DNA of 64,000 nt, taken from IMG/VR virus record IMGVR_UViG_3300009161_000021. One strand, given 5' to 3'. The position numbers were made by a program, and so were the translations under genes. Shown here one piece after another: positions 16,367 through 26,500 of the stretch. This DNA is from a virus. Its lineage: Duplodnaviria > Caudoviricetes. Position 1 is the first letter of the stretch. Every line of letters starts with the position of its first letter. The notes under the pieces are model-generated. The model searched no databases, was not told where the DNA came from, and saw only the letters and a program-made list of their open reading frames with translations.

Positions 16367-19300
16367 TCACTTCGGAGCCTTGGGCGGTTTGTCCTTCAGC
16401 TGCTGGTCGAGTTCCTCTTTCGCAGCAGCCATGACGATCCCGGCAGCTTCAGCTCCCATCGCGGCGATGTACTCGTCAGCGTTCAAGATGAGCTCTACGA
16501 TTCTCTTCGCCTGCTCGATGTCAGATTGGACCTCTGCGTACTTCGCAGCAACCTCGGCAGCTTTCTTCTGCGCTTCAGCGGCGGCGATCTTGACCTCCTC
16601 CGGTATCATCGCCTCGATCTTCGCCTGGGCTGCGACCTTTGCCTCCTCAACCTCAAGCGCGATCCTGTCCTTCACCTTCTGCAGCTCAGCATCGATCTTC
16701 ATCTGAACTTCGATTGCAACGCGTGCGGCGGGCGCGAGTGACTTGCCGATCGCGCGACCAGCGGCCTGCAGGAACTCGCGCTCCTTTATCTTTGCGCGAT
16801 CAATCGCGTTCTTCTCTTCCCGGGGACCAGAGAGTTTCACGGGAGCGGGTGGCGCAGTCGGCGAAGCGTCACTCGGGGCTTTCTCTGACATTGCATTCTT
16901 CACCCGAACGGCAAGCATCGCGAGATTCTGGCTCAAGCTTGTGTAGGTCGCGAAGCCCTCACCGTAGCTGAGCTTGACGTCAGTCTTAAATCCTGATGGA
17001 CCGATCTTATGCTCGGCTCCTTGCACGAAGTACACGTTGTCGATTGAAGTTCCAGTTCCGAAATCAACGAAAACACGTTGCATCGGGAAGAAGAGCGGAC
17101 AACCGAACGTCGAGAGACTCAGTGAACCTGGAATGAGCTGCATGGGAACTCCGCCGTCAACGACATCAGGTGCCACCTCGCCGGGAGCCTGAAATGACCT
17201 TACCATCATGGCATTACCAAAGCCGGCATTCGATACGCTCGCAAGTGAAGCGTTGATTATTCCCGAGTTCATCGAACCGTAGGTGAAGGTTGGCATTCCA
17301 GCAGACACAAGACGTTTGATATCATTGTAGTCTCCCGCTACCGAGTACATCGGTGGCAGACCCTCAATGGGCTTTCCGTCGCTTCCTTTAACGTTTGAGG
17401 TGTCAAGCTTTTTCAGCAATCCAGCTTTCTCACCGGCTTCAAGGACCGCATTGAGATCCTGACGTCTTTGAGTGATGAACTCCTTACCCGGGCTGCCGAC
17501 TGCCTCACGTGTTGCATCAGAGACCGGTCCGACTATCACCCCGAGTTGGTCATCACGAGCTGCCGTGAGCATTTCACCGAGAGTTCTGGTGGCTGTTGCG
17601 CTTGAGTCAAAGACATGAATCTTTATTATTGTCTTTGCTGTTCCATCCGAGTAGCGAAGCTTCTCTCCACGCGCGTCGAGAAGAGGAGCTCCCTCAACGA
17701 AAATTCCAAGCTTCGGTTGAATGAATTTCTTTTCGTAGATACCAACTTTCTCTAAGCGTTCCTCCTGGGTCGCCAAGAATGAAGCTGCGTTCTTGCCCTT
17801 GGCAAACTCAGCCGTTCCCTTCGAAGCCTTATCTTTGTTGTAAAAATCTGCCATCATGTAAGCTGGGTCGACAGGAAACCCAACGAATCTACTGTTGAGC
17901 AGCTCAATCATCTGATGGAGCGACATCTCTGGATTTTTGGTCACGAACTCGGACACATAGGAGCTGAGCTTGTTCTTGCTGATCGGAAACCAGCTTAGGG
18001 GACAGCCGTGAAGAGCGCCCGCGTAATCATTGAGAGGGTAAAAGATGACCTGAACTTCCTCGTACTGACCTGAATCAGCAAGCGGATTCGCGACGAGTGA
18101 CATAAAAATCGAACCCAGCGATGAGAAACCGCCCGATTCGGCCGGGTTCTTACCTTTCACGTAATCCAGTGCCTGCTGTGCCGTGCCTCCATTCGAGTCG
18201 TACCAACCTCCGGCACGTCGTCCCTCAAGATCCGTGAAAAAATCATCTGAGATGCCATCATCTCCCATTTTTGGAATTTTTCCGACCATCTCCGTGTAGC
18301 TTGTCTTTAGTTTATCAGCGATTTCAAAAACTGTGCCATTTGTCCCTGGTTTCGCTTTCCACGCACCCTTGCTCAGAGTCACCTCTCCGAAAGCGTCAGC
18401 AAAAGCATTCACTATGGCATCGCTCTTATCCATAGTGATGCCCTTTCCTTTCTGCTCCTGAAGGGAGTCAAGAGCATTCATGAAGCTGCTATCGCTCGCA
18501 GCTTTAATGAGTGATGTTGGATCGGTGATTGAATTCACGAAATCGTACTTTGCCATCCCTGGACCAGGGAGGCCCGAAGCTCGAACGAGCGCTAGGGCTT
18601 CTTTCACTTTCCGAACTATGCGTTCAAGATCATGCTGCCACTGCCGAGTTGCTCGGGTTGATAAGCTTAGAAGATCCGTGCTTCCCACTGAAAAGAGATT
18701 TAGAGAGATTTTTACTCCTCCGCCTTCCTCGAAGTTGTAACTTGATGTCGCAATCCTGTAGCGACCCTCCACCTTCAAAGCGTCAAGGAACTTTCCGAAC
18801 GAGTTGCTTGATTTGAGTCCCCCGTCAGGATGTGACCACCCGTAAGTGACGTCGATGAATGTTCTTCCGTAGAGATCAGGTCGGACGAGATCAGCGATCT
18901 CACGAAGTCGAGATCGATCATGTACCGTGATCTCCATCCTGATCTGTGAGAATGATGAGGTGTTCTTCTGCATCTTAACAGAGACGCTAAGCTCACCGAG
19001 GGAGGCGAGAGGGCGAAGTCGATCGATAACCGGTACGTACTCCGCTCCGTGAGCGTCCATGTTGACGAGCGTCTGAGGAGCTGTGAAAAGCTCCATGCCA
19101 GATCGTGTTCCGATTCCAAAATCGAGAACCTCGGATCCCACTGGCGTCGCTTGAGCGCCTAACATCGCAGAGTCGGCAGACCCGAGTCCCGGTGGGTTGA
19201 GAAACCTGAGCAGAGTCGGGGCGACCGTATTGCCATCCGCACCCGTCGCTGGACGTGAGGTGACAAGCTCAACGTTCACATATGGAACGCATTTCGACAG

Positions 19301-19873
19301 TTCAAGCGTCGGAATCGCGTTCATGAAAACCTCGATCGGTCCCATGTCCCTCGTCGCTGGTCCCATAGCTGGATTCGCGACTGCTACAGCGTACACGTTC
19401 GGAGCCTGATTCGTGGGTTCCGTCGGGGACGTGTTTATCTTGCTCGGAGCTCCGATTCCGCTAATCTTTTCGAAATTTGCGCCCGAAAAGATGCTCTTCT
19501 TTTCTCCGATACCAGCGATCTTGAACTGTGAACCGTACTTGTCCTCGACGCTCAATTGATCAACATTATTCACATTTCCGAGGAAGGCGCTGATGCTGAG
19601 TGCTCCGTTGATGAGATCAGAGATATGCTCTGCTGATGGAGATCCTGTCCTCGGCTCAGCAGCGACCCTGATCACGTCCCCGAGCGCGTTAATTTTATCG
19701 AGATCGGTTCGATATGAGCTCTGTAGATTTGTTGTGGTAGAAGCAGCTTTTCTATTCGCGCGGGCGACAAGGCGTGCCTCCCATGTCCTGTCGATGTAAT
19801 CAGCGTCGGTAATCGCGCCGAAGTACTGAGCAAGCTCGTTGGTTGCAGCATTGAGAAGTGGTGAACGTGGCAA
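16367..19873 (-). CDS. Large baseplate hub-like / tail-associated protein with a C-terminal coiled coil
   Basis: Track ORF is 1204 aa (to 19981); a TTG at 19873 avoids overlap with the upstream gene. Contains YGWSHPDG and GCPLFFPMQRVFVDFGTGTSIDNVYFV..AEHKIGPSGFKTDVKL (late control D/gp27-like end). Position in the baseplate cluster supports the call. Confidence 0.55.
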   Translation of the reverse strand: MPRSPLLNAATNELAQYFGAITDADYIDRTWEARLVARANRKAASTTTNLQSSYRTDLDKINALGDVIRVAAEPRTGSPSAEHISDLINGALSISAFLGNVNNVDQLSVEDKYGSQFKIAGIGEKKSIFSGANFEKISGIGAPSKINTSPTEPTNQAPNVYAVAVANPAMGPATRDMGPIEVFMNAIPTLELSKCVPYVNVELVTSRPATGADGNTVAPTLLRFLNPPGLGSADSAMLGAQATPVGSEVLDFGIGTRSGMELFTAPQTLVNMDAHGAEYVPVIDRLRPLASLGELSVSVKMQKNTSSFSQIRMEITVHDRSRLREIADLVRPDLYGRTFIDVTYGWSHPDGGLKSSNSFGKFLDALKVEGRYRIATSSYNFEEGGGVKISLNLFSVGSTDLLSLSTRATRQWQHDLERIVRKVKEALALVRASGLPGPGMAKYDFVNSITDPTSLIKAASDSSFMNALDSLQEQKGKGITMDKSDAIVNAFADAFGEVTLSKGAWKAKPGTNGTVFEIADKLKTSYTEMVGKIPKMGDDGISDDFFTDLEGRRAGGWYDSNGGTAQQALDYVKGKNPAESGGFSSLGSIFMSLVANPLADSGQYEEVQVIFYPLNDYAGALHGCPLSWFPISKNKLSSYVSEFVTKNPEMSLHQMIELLNSRFVGFPVDPAYMMADFYNKDKASKGTAEFAKGKNAASFLATQEERLEKVGIYEKKFIQPKLGIFVEGAPLLDARGEKLRYSDGTAKTIIKIHVFDSSATATRTLGEMLTAARDDQLGVIVGPVSDATREAVGSPGKEFITQRRQDLNAVLEAGEKAGLLKKLDTSNVKGSDGKPIEGLPPMYSVAGDYNDIKRLVSAGMPTFTYGSMNSGIINASLASVSNAGFGNAMMVRSFQAPGEVAPDVVDGGVPMQLIPGSLSLSTFGCPLFFPMQRVFVDFGTGTSIDNVYFVQGAEHKIGPSGFKTDVKLSYGEGFATYTSLSQNLAMLAVRVKNAMSEKAPSDASPTAPPAPVKLSGPREEKNAIDRAKIKEREFLQAAGRAIGKSLAPAARVAIEVQMKIDAELQKVKDRIALEVEEAKVAAQAKIEAMIPEEVKIAAAEAQKKAAEVAAKYAEVQSDIEQAKRIVELILNADEYIAAMGAEAAGIVMAAAKEELDQQLKDKPPKAPK

Positions 19874-19875
19874 GG

Positions 19876-20169
19876 TTACACAAGCTCCAGAACTGAGTTC
19901 ACGTTTGTCGGAGCAAGGAGACGAGTCCCGGGCGGGACCTGCAACCACCAGCCGACCCCAGAAGCGATGGCGATAACCCACCAGAGCTTGCCATCTCCGT
20001 AGAGATCACCAGCGATGTGATCGAGACGTTGCGCTTCGGTGGTGGTGATCTCACGGGTCGCTATTGAACCATTCGCGATTGCCTGTCGAATTCGCAGGAT
20101 CGCCTGTGAGGAAGCGAGCCGTTGAGGCGCCCCGATGATCTGATCTTTCTGATACCTGCTGGTGGCCAT
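19876..20169 (-). CDS. LysM-like baseplate wedge protein (T4 gp53 / P2 gpX-like)
   Basis: RLDHIAGDLYGDGKLWWVIAIASG...VPPGTRL pattern; lies between baseplate genes. Confidence 0.75.
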   Translation of the reverse strand: MATSRYQKDQIIGAPQRLASSQAILRIRQAIANGSIATREITTTEAQRLDHIAGDLYGDGKLWWVIAIASGVGWWLQVPPGTRLLAPTNVNSVLELV

Positions 20170-20187
20170 TTTCTCTCCCCGTCAATC

Positions 20188-23100
20188 TTAGAACAATTTG
20201 CCTAACCAGTTAGGCTTGAATGTCTCTTCGTAAGCTATCTGGCTCTCAGCTGCATCGAGAGCTGCGTCTGTTCTCTTCGTTGTTCCTGCACCGTAAGGCT
20301 CTTTTTCACCGCCCTCAACGATTCCATTGACGAGTCTTCCGACCGGGTAGATCGGTGCTCTATTGAAGCCCTCATGGTCGAGGCCCGGTGCGATGTCGTG
20401 GATGGGCTCAAAGCTCATTTGCACCTTGCAAGAACGGGGCGCTCTGTTACCGGGCCCATCCTCTCCAACGCCCCAGAGAGCGTCATTCCATGTAAAGCCA
20501 AGCTGTGTGACAACGGCTGCGAGCCCCATGCCTGCAGCTGATTCGAAAGAGCGAACGATGAAATTGTTTTTTGCGTCGTAAAAATCTCTTATGTCACCAT
20601 TTGCGTCGTAGTTCAGATACGTTTTGGGAGTGTACTCGTCGTAATTTACGAGGATGGTAACCAATTTACCTTCCGCAAATATACTCAACGTAGCTACGCC
20701 GTTTGTGGGATCAACAGTTCCAGAAGCGTTCTCCGCTTTTTTAAAGATCTTGATCATTTCACCCGAAACTACACCCGTGATTGCGTCTACTGTGTAATAT
20801 TCTCCGGGCTTTACCGTGAAAGATGATATTCCAGCCCCAAGACCAGAAACAGATTGACCGAAATCGTTACTCTGATAACCGAAGATACGTTTTAGATTGA
20901 ATCTCGAGTAATTCGATCGAATCAAGTCTCCGACTCTTAAGCGAATAACCGGAGTTGCAGTGGGTATTTGAGAAAACGGTTGAGTGAACTTGAAATCAGA
21001 GTCGTTTATCTTTCCGCTGAGCTCTCTGCCTTTAGACCATTGCGGATAAACCATCGTTGTCAACTTATTGATCTGCCACCACATGTAATCGAAATCCTGC
21101 GGGTTCATTCCAACAATGTGAAACGTACATGCAACGGAGCGCTTTGTATCCTTATACGTCTGAACGTTCTCAATGCGACCGTATCCCGAAGTTGAATTAT
21201 AGTTCGCAGTGTAAGAATCAGTGATGTCATCTAGGAAAGCGTGGAAAGAGATGATCTCGTTTGTTCGAAGATCATGGAAATAGAAGGGCATGTACTCAGC
21301 GTCAAGAGCTGATTCTATCGATCGAACCGTCTCGGCAGAAATCCTTAACTTACCGTCAACATCGCTGGGGACCACGCCCTTCATACGATCAGCGACGTTT
21401 CCCGTCATCAGATTTCGATAAGATTGCGTGCTTCCGGCTGGAATCAAGTGCGCCGATGGGAGATCAGCGAGTCCTAAAGTGCTTCCACGCAGGCCGACGA
21501 GCTTGTCACCGTAAACACGACGAGCTGCGAAACCCTTCGCGGTGACGCTTGCACCTTTATCTTTCGAAAGATCAAATCCAGCTGAAGTTCCATAAGCATA
21601 TGCTGGTGAGGTCTCAATGTCAGTGCCACGATGCTCGATCGCAGCAGCTTGCGTGTAAACTAAGTCACCGATCTGCGCGAGAGTGTTCACAAACTTGAAG
21701 AGGGTCGAATCAAAGATGCTGTTTGAGCCTCCGCCAGCTCCGATGAGATCGAGACCTGCGTTTTTCAGTTCAGTCACAATATCACCCAGAGCGTAAGCAT
21801 TACGGTTGAGCGTTCTTATGATGTTCATGTAGTACTGACGTTGAACGGGATCAGCGAAAATAACCGATGTTAGTCGAGCAGTCGTTTCAGCAAGAATAAC
21901 AGCGGTGTTTCCATTGAGAACGAAAAAACCGCTTCCCAGAATAAGATCCTTGTCGATTCCGTATGAAACTCCGAGAAACGAAGCAAGGCCTGCGACAACG
22001 CAGTCTCCATAATTTGCGGTTGGGTTTGTCGGAGAATAGAACGGGTTGGTGAGTGTGAGACCTGTGACGTTGCTTGCGATATCGAGGGCTTTCGTTAACC
22101 CGGAAGCGAAACTTCCGGGTGGTTCCTCGTACCTGAACTTTCCAAACTTCAGTCTCCTGTTGTTTTTAAGTCCCGAGTTCACCTCGGCTGGAATCGCTGC
22201 TTTCGATTCTTTCGATGAACCGGCCGACCCAAGCAGCGCGGCGGCTAGAACAGCCCCAATGAATACGCCGCTCGTGACGAACGCGGTGAAAGCAGCGGAT
22301 CCCGTGTCGAATCCTGTATATGGAGCGTCTGGTCCGTATGGGACCGGGGTCGCTTTCGTGGTATAACGACCCTGATCTTCCCCAGCTTCTCCGGTCTCAA
22401 ACGCGTCGAGTCCGCCGGACGCCATCGTCCTATTCAGGTCCTGGAGGCTCTCTGGCGCTGCTGCTGCTGCTCTCAACGTTGCAGCGTTGAGCGGCTCTTG
22501 CTTCCAAGGACCCTTAAGCCACTTGCTTACGTCCTGATTCGGGCCTGTTGCCGTGATGGGAGCGCCCATCGCTCGTGCCATCAGGCTCTGCGCAACGCCC
22601 GTAAGATCCTTAAGATCGACTCGCTTGATGTCGGCGGTGTCGTACGATTTTCCAAGAGAATCACCGAGACGAACACGTCGGGCTGTCTCGATCCCCTCGT
22701 GTCTCGAGAAGCTGTTGTCGGCTGAGACCTCAAGATCATTGACTATCGTCTGTCCCGAATTTAGGTTCTTGTCTCGAAGCGCTTCACCCAAAGTTTTCGC
22801 GTACCTCGACGCGTTAGGAGTCGTGACTCGGGTGCTTGTTCCAGGACCCTGTGATCCGACAACACCATCGAGAGCATCAGGTCCGCTGCCGACGTGGTTG
22901 GAGCGTGCCTGACCTTTCGGAGAAACGTCAACGATCTGACTTACATCTCCGAAAAGAGCTGAAGGCTGAGTCTCCAGGTCCATAGCTTCATGAACTGCGC
23001 CCGTGAGTCCCGATGTGAAGCTATTCTGCGTCGCATCACCCTCTGCGATGCTATAGGGATTCGCATGATTTGGGGGATCTTGTCCCGTGTAAGGGTTCGG

Positions 23101-23262
23101 ATTGTTACTGTCAAATCCAGGTGTGAATCCGTGTGTGAGGGAGCTGAGGTATGATCCAAGCGTTCTCTTCTGCTCTTCGGGAATGTCGGTCCCATCGAAC
23201 TGAACTCCATCGCCCCCAGCGTCGATTAACGGATATGGTGGTGTGAACTTCGTCGATGGCAT
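20188..23262 (-). CDS. Baseplate / tail-tube initiator-like protein
   Basis: 1024 aa. The C-terminal part (YMPFYFHDLRTNEIISFHAFLDDITDSY...YGRIENVQTYKDTKRSV, PVIRLRVGDLI, CKVQMSFEPIHD) resembles tube-fold baseplate proteins; directly follows the tape measure region. Confidence 0.6.
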   Translation of the reverse strand: MPSTKFTPPYPLIDAGGDGVQFDGTDIPEEQKRTLGSYLSSLTHGFTPGFDSNNPNPYTGQDPPNHANPYSIAEGDATQNSFTSGLTGAVHEAMDLETQPSALFGDVSQIVDVSPKGQARSNHVGSGPDALDGVVGSQGPGTSTRVTTPNASRYAKTLGEALRDKNLNSGQTIVNDLEVSADNSFSRHEGIETARRVRLGDSLGKSYDTADIKRVDLKDLTGVAQSLMARAMGAPITATGPNQDVSKWLKGPWKQEPLNAATLRAAAAAPESLQDLNRTMASGGLDAFETGEAGEDQGRYTTKATPVPYGPDAPYTGFDTGSAAFTAFVTSGVFIGAVLAAALLGSAGSSKESKAAIPAEVNSGLKNNRRLKFGKFRYEEPPGSFASGLTKALDIASNVTGLTLTNPFYSPTNPTANYGDCVVAGLASFLGVSYGIDKDLILGSGFFVLNGNTAVILAETTARLTSVIFADPVQRQYYMNIIRTLNRNAYALGDIVTELKNAGLDLIGAGGGSNSIFDSTLFKFVNTLAQIGDLVYTQAAAIEHRGTDIETSPAYAYGTSAGFDLSKDKGASVTAKGFAARRVYGDKLVGLRGSTLGLADLPSAHLIPAGSTQSYRNLMTGNVADRMKGVVPSDVDGKLRISAETVRSIESALDAEYMPFYFHDLRTNEIISFHAFLDDITDSYTANYNSTSGYGRIENVQTYKDTKRSVACTFHIVGMNPQDFDYMWWQINKLTTMVYPQWSKGRELSGKINDSDFKFTQPFSQIPTATPVIRLRVGDLIRSNYSRFNLKRIFGYQSNDFGQSVSGLGAGISSFTVKPGEYYTVDAITGVVSGEMIKIFKKAENASGTVDPTNGVATLSIFAEGKLVTILVNYDEYTPKTYLNYDANGDIRDFYDAKNNFIVRSFESAAGMGLAAVVTQLGFTWNDALWGVGEDGPGNRAPRSCKVQMSFEPIHDIAPGLDHEGFNRAPIYPVGRLVNGIVEGGEKEPYGAGTTKRTDAALDAAESQIAYEETFKPNWLGKLF

Positions 23263-23510
23263 CAGAACCTCCTTGGAGCGCGTTGGGTCGGGCGATTGGG
23301 ATCAGCCGCCGCATCCTTATTTAATGACGTAAGGAAGTTATCGAGAGCTCCTTGCGGAAGACCCGTGATGAGAGCTTCATACGGTCTGAGCTCAGCTTCG
23401 AGGGTTGCGATCGCAGCCTCACGCTCAGCTTCCGGCACACGCTCAAGGAGCGAGGCGTAGAGAGGAGTTCTCTGTATGATATTAAGAAGCCTGCTCATTC
23501 TCCTCTCCAT
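23262..23510 (-). CDS. Hypothetical protein
   Basis: 82-aa ORF tightly coupled between the tape measure and baseplate genes. Confidence 0.55.
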   Translation of the reverse strand: MERRMSRLLNIIQRTPLYASLLERVPEAEREAAIATLEAELRPYEALITGLPQGALDNFLTSLNKDAAADPNRPTQRAPRRF

Positions 23511-26500
23511 GAGTCATCGTTTCTTCTGGTTTCGAGCAAGCTCTCCGGGCTTCCGGGCTTGTACTCTGTCGTGTAGAAATCGTACTGGTTGCTACGCACG
23601 GAGTCCGGAGACTGGAGATAATCGGCAAATTCAACGTTGGGCTTGACGAATCCATCGAGGACGAGTGTCTCCGCCATCTTCTGCGCGCTCATCGTGACGT
23701 TCATGTTGACGGTGATCGAGACAGCGCCGTTGTTTATGTCGAACTTCTTCTTCACGACGTTCATCTTGGTGCCGAACCCTTCGACAGCAGCGTCGAGTCT
23801 CACAGTATCGAGAGCTTCGAGCACTTTGGCCGTCTCCGCCATCGCAGCCTTGATCTGCTGGAGCTGCTCCAGTGACGCGTTCACACGCTTTGCCACGTCG
23901 CCTGGGAGCTTTTCGGTCATGCCCGCGATATAGGTGCCGAGCACGTTGAACGAACCCTTCATGTTGGTTTCTCTTTTCGCGAGAGCTTCAAGGTCGATAC
24001 CATCGAAAGCCTTGAAGCTGTTGAGCGCGTTGAACAGATGGGTTGGGAAGCTCGCCGTGAGATCGCCGTTACCAGCGACTGTGTCTAGGAAAGTTTTAGC
24101 GCTCTCGATGTCAGTGGTAGCAACTTTGGACGCCGCTGATATCGCCGAGATCATTCCCATGAGCGCGCCCGAGGGAGCAAATATCTCGGTGAAGAAGCTG
24201 ATTTGGGTCTGATCTATCGCATTTGCTGGATCGTTCAACGCTGTCGCTAAATTATTGATGACTTTCGTCATCATCTGAATGATTCCGTCGGATGCCTCGA
24301 CCGGGATCGATTCGGTGTCAGTTTCGATGACTCCGCTTCCCGTTCCGAACAGGAGAGAGTTCAATGATGACATCGCGGAAACGACGTTTCCAGATACATC
24401 AAACGCTTGCACTGATTTAAGGAGCTCAGTTATGCTTTTTCCGAATGAGCCCAAGAATGTAGCGACTGTGGAGATGAGGCTCACCTTACCAGAAAGAGCG
24501 TCGACCTGATCTTTCGATAGATTCACCCTGCTGTTAATGTCGTTGAGAATATCAACCGCACCGCCTCCGACAGCGCCGATGAACTTACGAACCTGGTCCA
24601 TCGAATCTTCGGCTGTGGCCGTGGAGCCACCAGCTGCGAGACTAGCCGAAGTCTTGATGAAATCGAGTCCTGCGGTTCCGAACGTGCTCATCATCTTTGA
24701 CATCGGATCGAGGATGAGAGCTAGGGTCTGGAACTTCTGTGTTGCTGTCGCAAGATCGCCACCGAGTGAATCCTCGAACTTGCTTATGACACCGACGATT
24801 CCGACCTTCTCGTCCTTGTTTCCGACCATGGAAGAGATGTATCCCATGATTCTTGCGATCTTTGAAGATGGAGATTCTTCGCCCATGACCTCAGTGATCG
24901 TTCCGTCGGGATTCGTGGTTGTCGCGACCACCGTCGGAATGCCAGGAAGCGAGTTAAGATCCGTCGCGACCTTTATCATCGTTCCCATCATTGTTCCAAC
25001 ACTCGAGAATATCTTTCCGAGATTACCCATTGCGTCGATGTCCTCGGGTTTCACGGACGCGGCCAAAGAATTGATGTTCTTCAGCTGAGCAGCAAACTCT
25101 GGACTGCTAAGATACGTGGTCATAGAAGAGATCATCGCCGTAACTTTCGGAATAACCGCATCGAAGATATGCGAGATGCCAGCGAGGACCGCGACAGAAA
25201 CGGCGCCGCCTGCCAATTTCGCGAACAGGTCTCCCTTGTCCATCGACGCGACTCCCATCAAGATCGCAGCTATGCCGCCCATAGCGGCCACGAGCACAGC
25301 CCCAGTGATCAAGAAAGCGTTCTGCAACCCGTCCGCATTCACGGTCGAAAGCGTCGCTCCTGCGTCAGCGAAAAGCTGAATGAGACTTTTTCCGCCACCC
25401 TCAGGAGGCTCCAGCACTGATCTCACGAGCTTGATGATCGATGCACCTATCAATGAGATGCCGAGAGCAATAGCTCCGTACTCAGCTGCTTTTGTCGCAG
25501 CGCCCCCGAACATGCCGACCAGTCCACCGAAGCTATCCGGACCCGTGCCTGTCATAGCAGCACCTTGCTTGTTAAGCGCAGCAGCAAGATCATTCTGGGC
25601 TTTGGCGCTCTCATCCGCCTGCCGGGCAGCCTCAGAGATCTCCTCTGTTGTTCCGCCACCGGTGAAGAGGCCCATCACAGTATCTTTTAGCTGCCCGAAA
25701 ATTCCAGACGCTGCTGTGAGAATAGGACCGCCAGTGACGAACAACGTCGCGAACGGGAACTCCTGGATGGCACGTCCCAGGAAAGCAACGAGCTCGGACC
25801 CGAATTCGATCAGGATCGGCATGAAGGAGGGAAGCTCCCTGACAAGCTCACTGAAACCGTCCTTTATGCCCTCCAGCAGCCCCTGACCGATCGATGGGGA
25901 ACCGTCGGCCGGTTTCGTGAATGCCTGACGCATTGTTTTCGTAAGATTCGAAAGCACAGTCTTCAATGATCGAACGAGACCGAGGACGATTCCCGGCAAC
26001 GCTGCTGCGACCGCGAGAAACGTCTGGGTGAGACCTTCCATCAAATTGTCGAATATCGAGGGTTGCCCGTTTTTACCGGTGAAAAGACCATTGAAACCAT
26101 CCGTGATGACGGATGTGATTCCCGTCATCAAGTTTTTTGCAGCGTTCTTCGGATCCGTTGACATCGCTATTGTAAATTTTTCAATTTCAAGAGCAACCTT
26201 CGAGAAAATATCACCGATCGTTGTGACAACGTCGAGAAGACCTTGGAGGGCTTTCGTAACGCCTGGCACCTGTAGGAATGCTGAGAACGTCCTCATTCCT
26301 GCGTAATAAGTTTCCAGCAGCGCCTTGGCGATATTGTTGACGGCGTCCTGGACGGGTTTCGAACGATCAAAGGCATCCATAAAGCCCTTGATGAACGCAT
26401 CGAAGAAGCTCGTGAATCTCTGAATGGGTATTATCACGTTTTCGATGCTATCGGCGAGATCGCGCATGATCTCTTCCTGCGTCTTATGTCCCTTCATTGC

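Noticed and set aside
19874-19981. N-terminal extension of the 1204-aa baseplate ORF
   Set aside because: Overlaps the LysM-like wedge gene; a TTG just after that gene's stop is a more plausible start.
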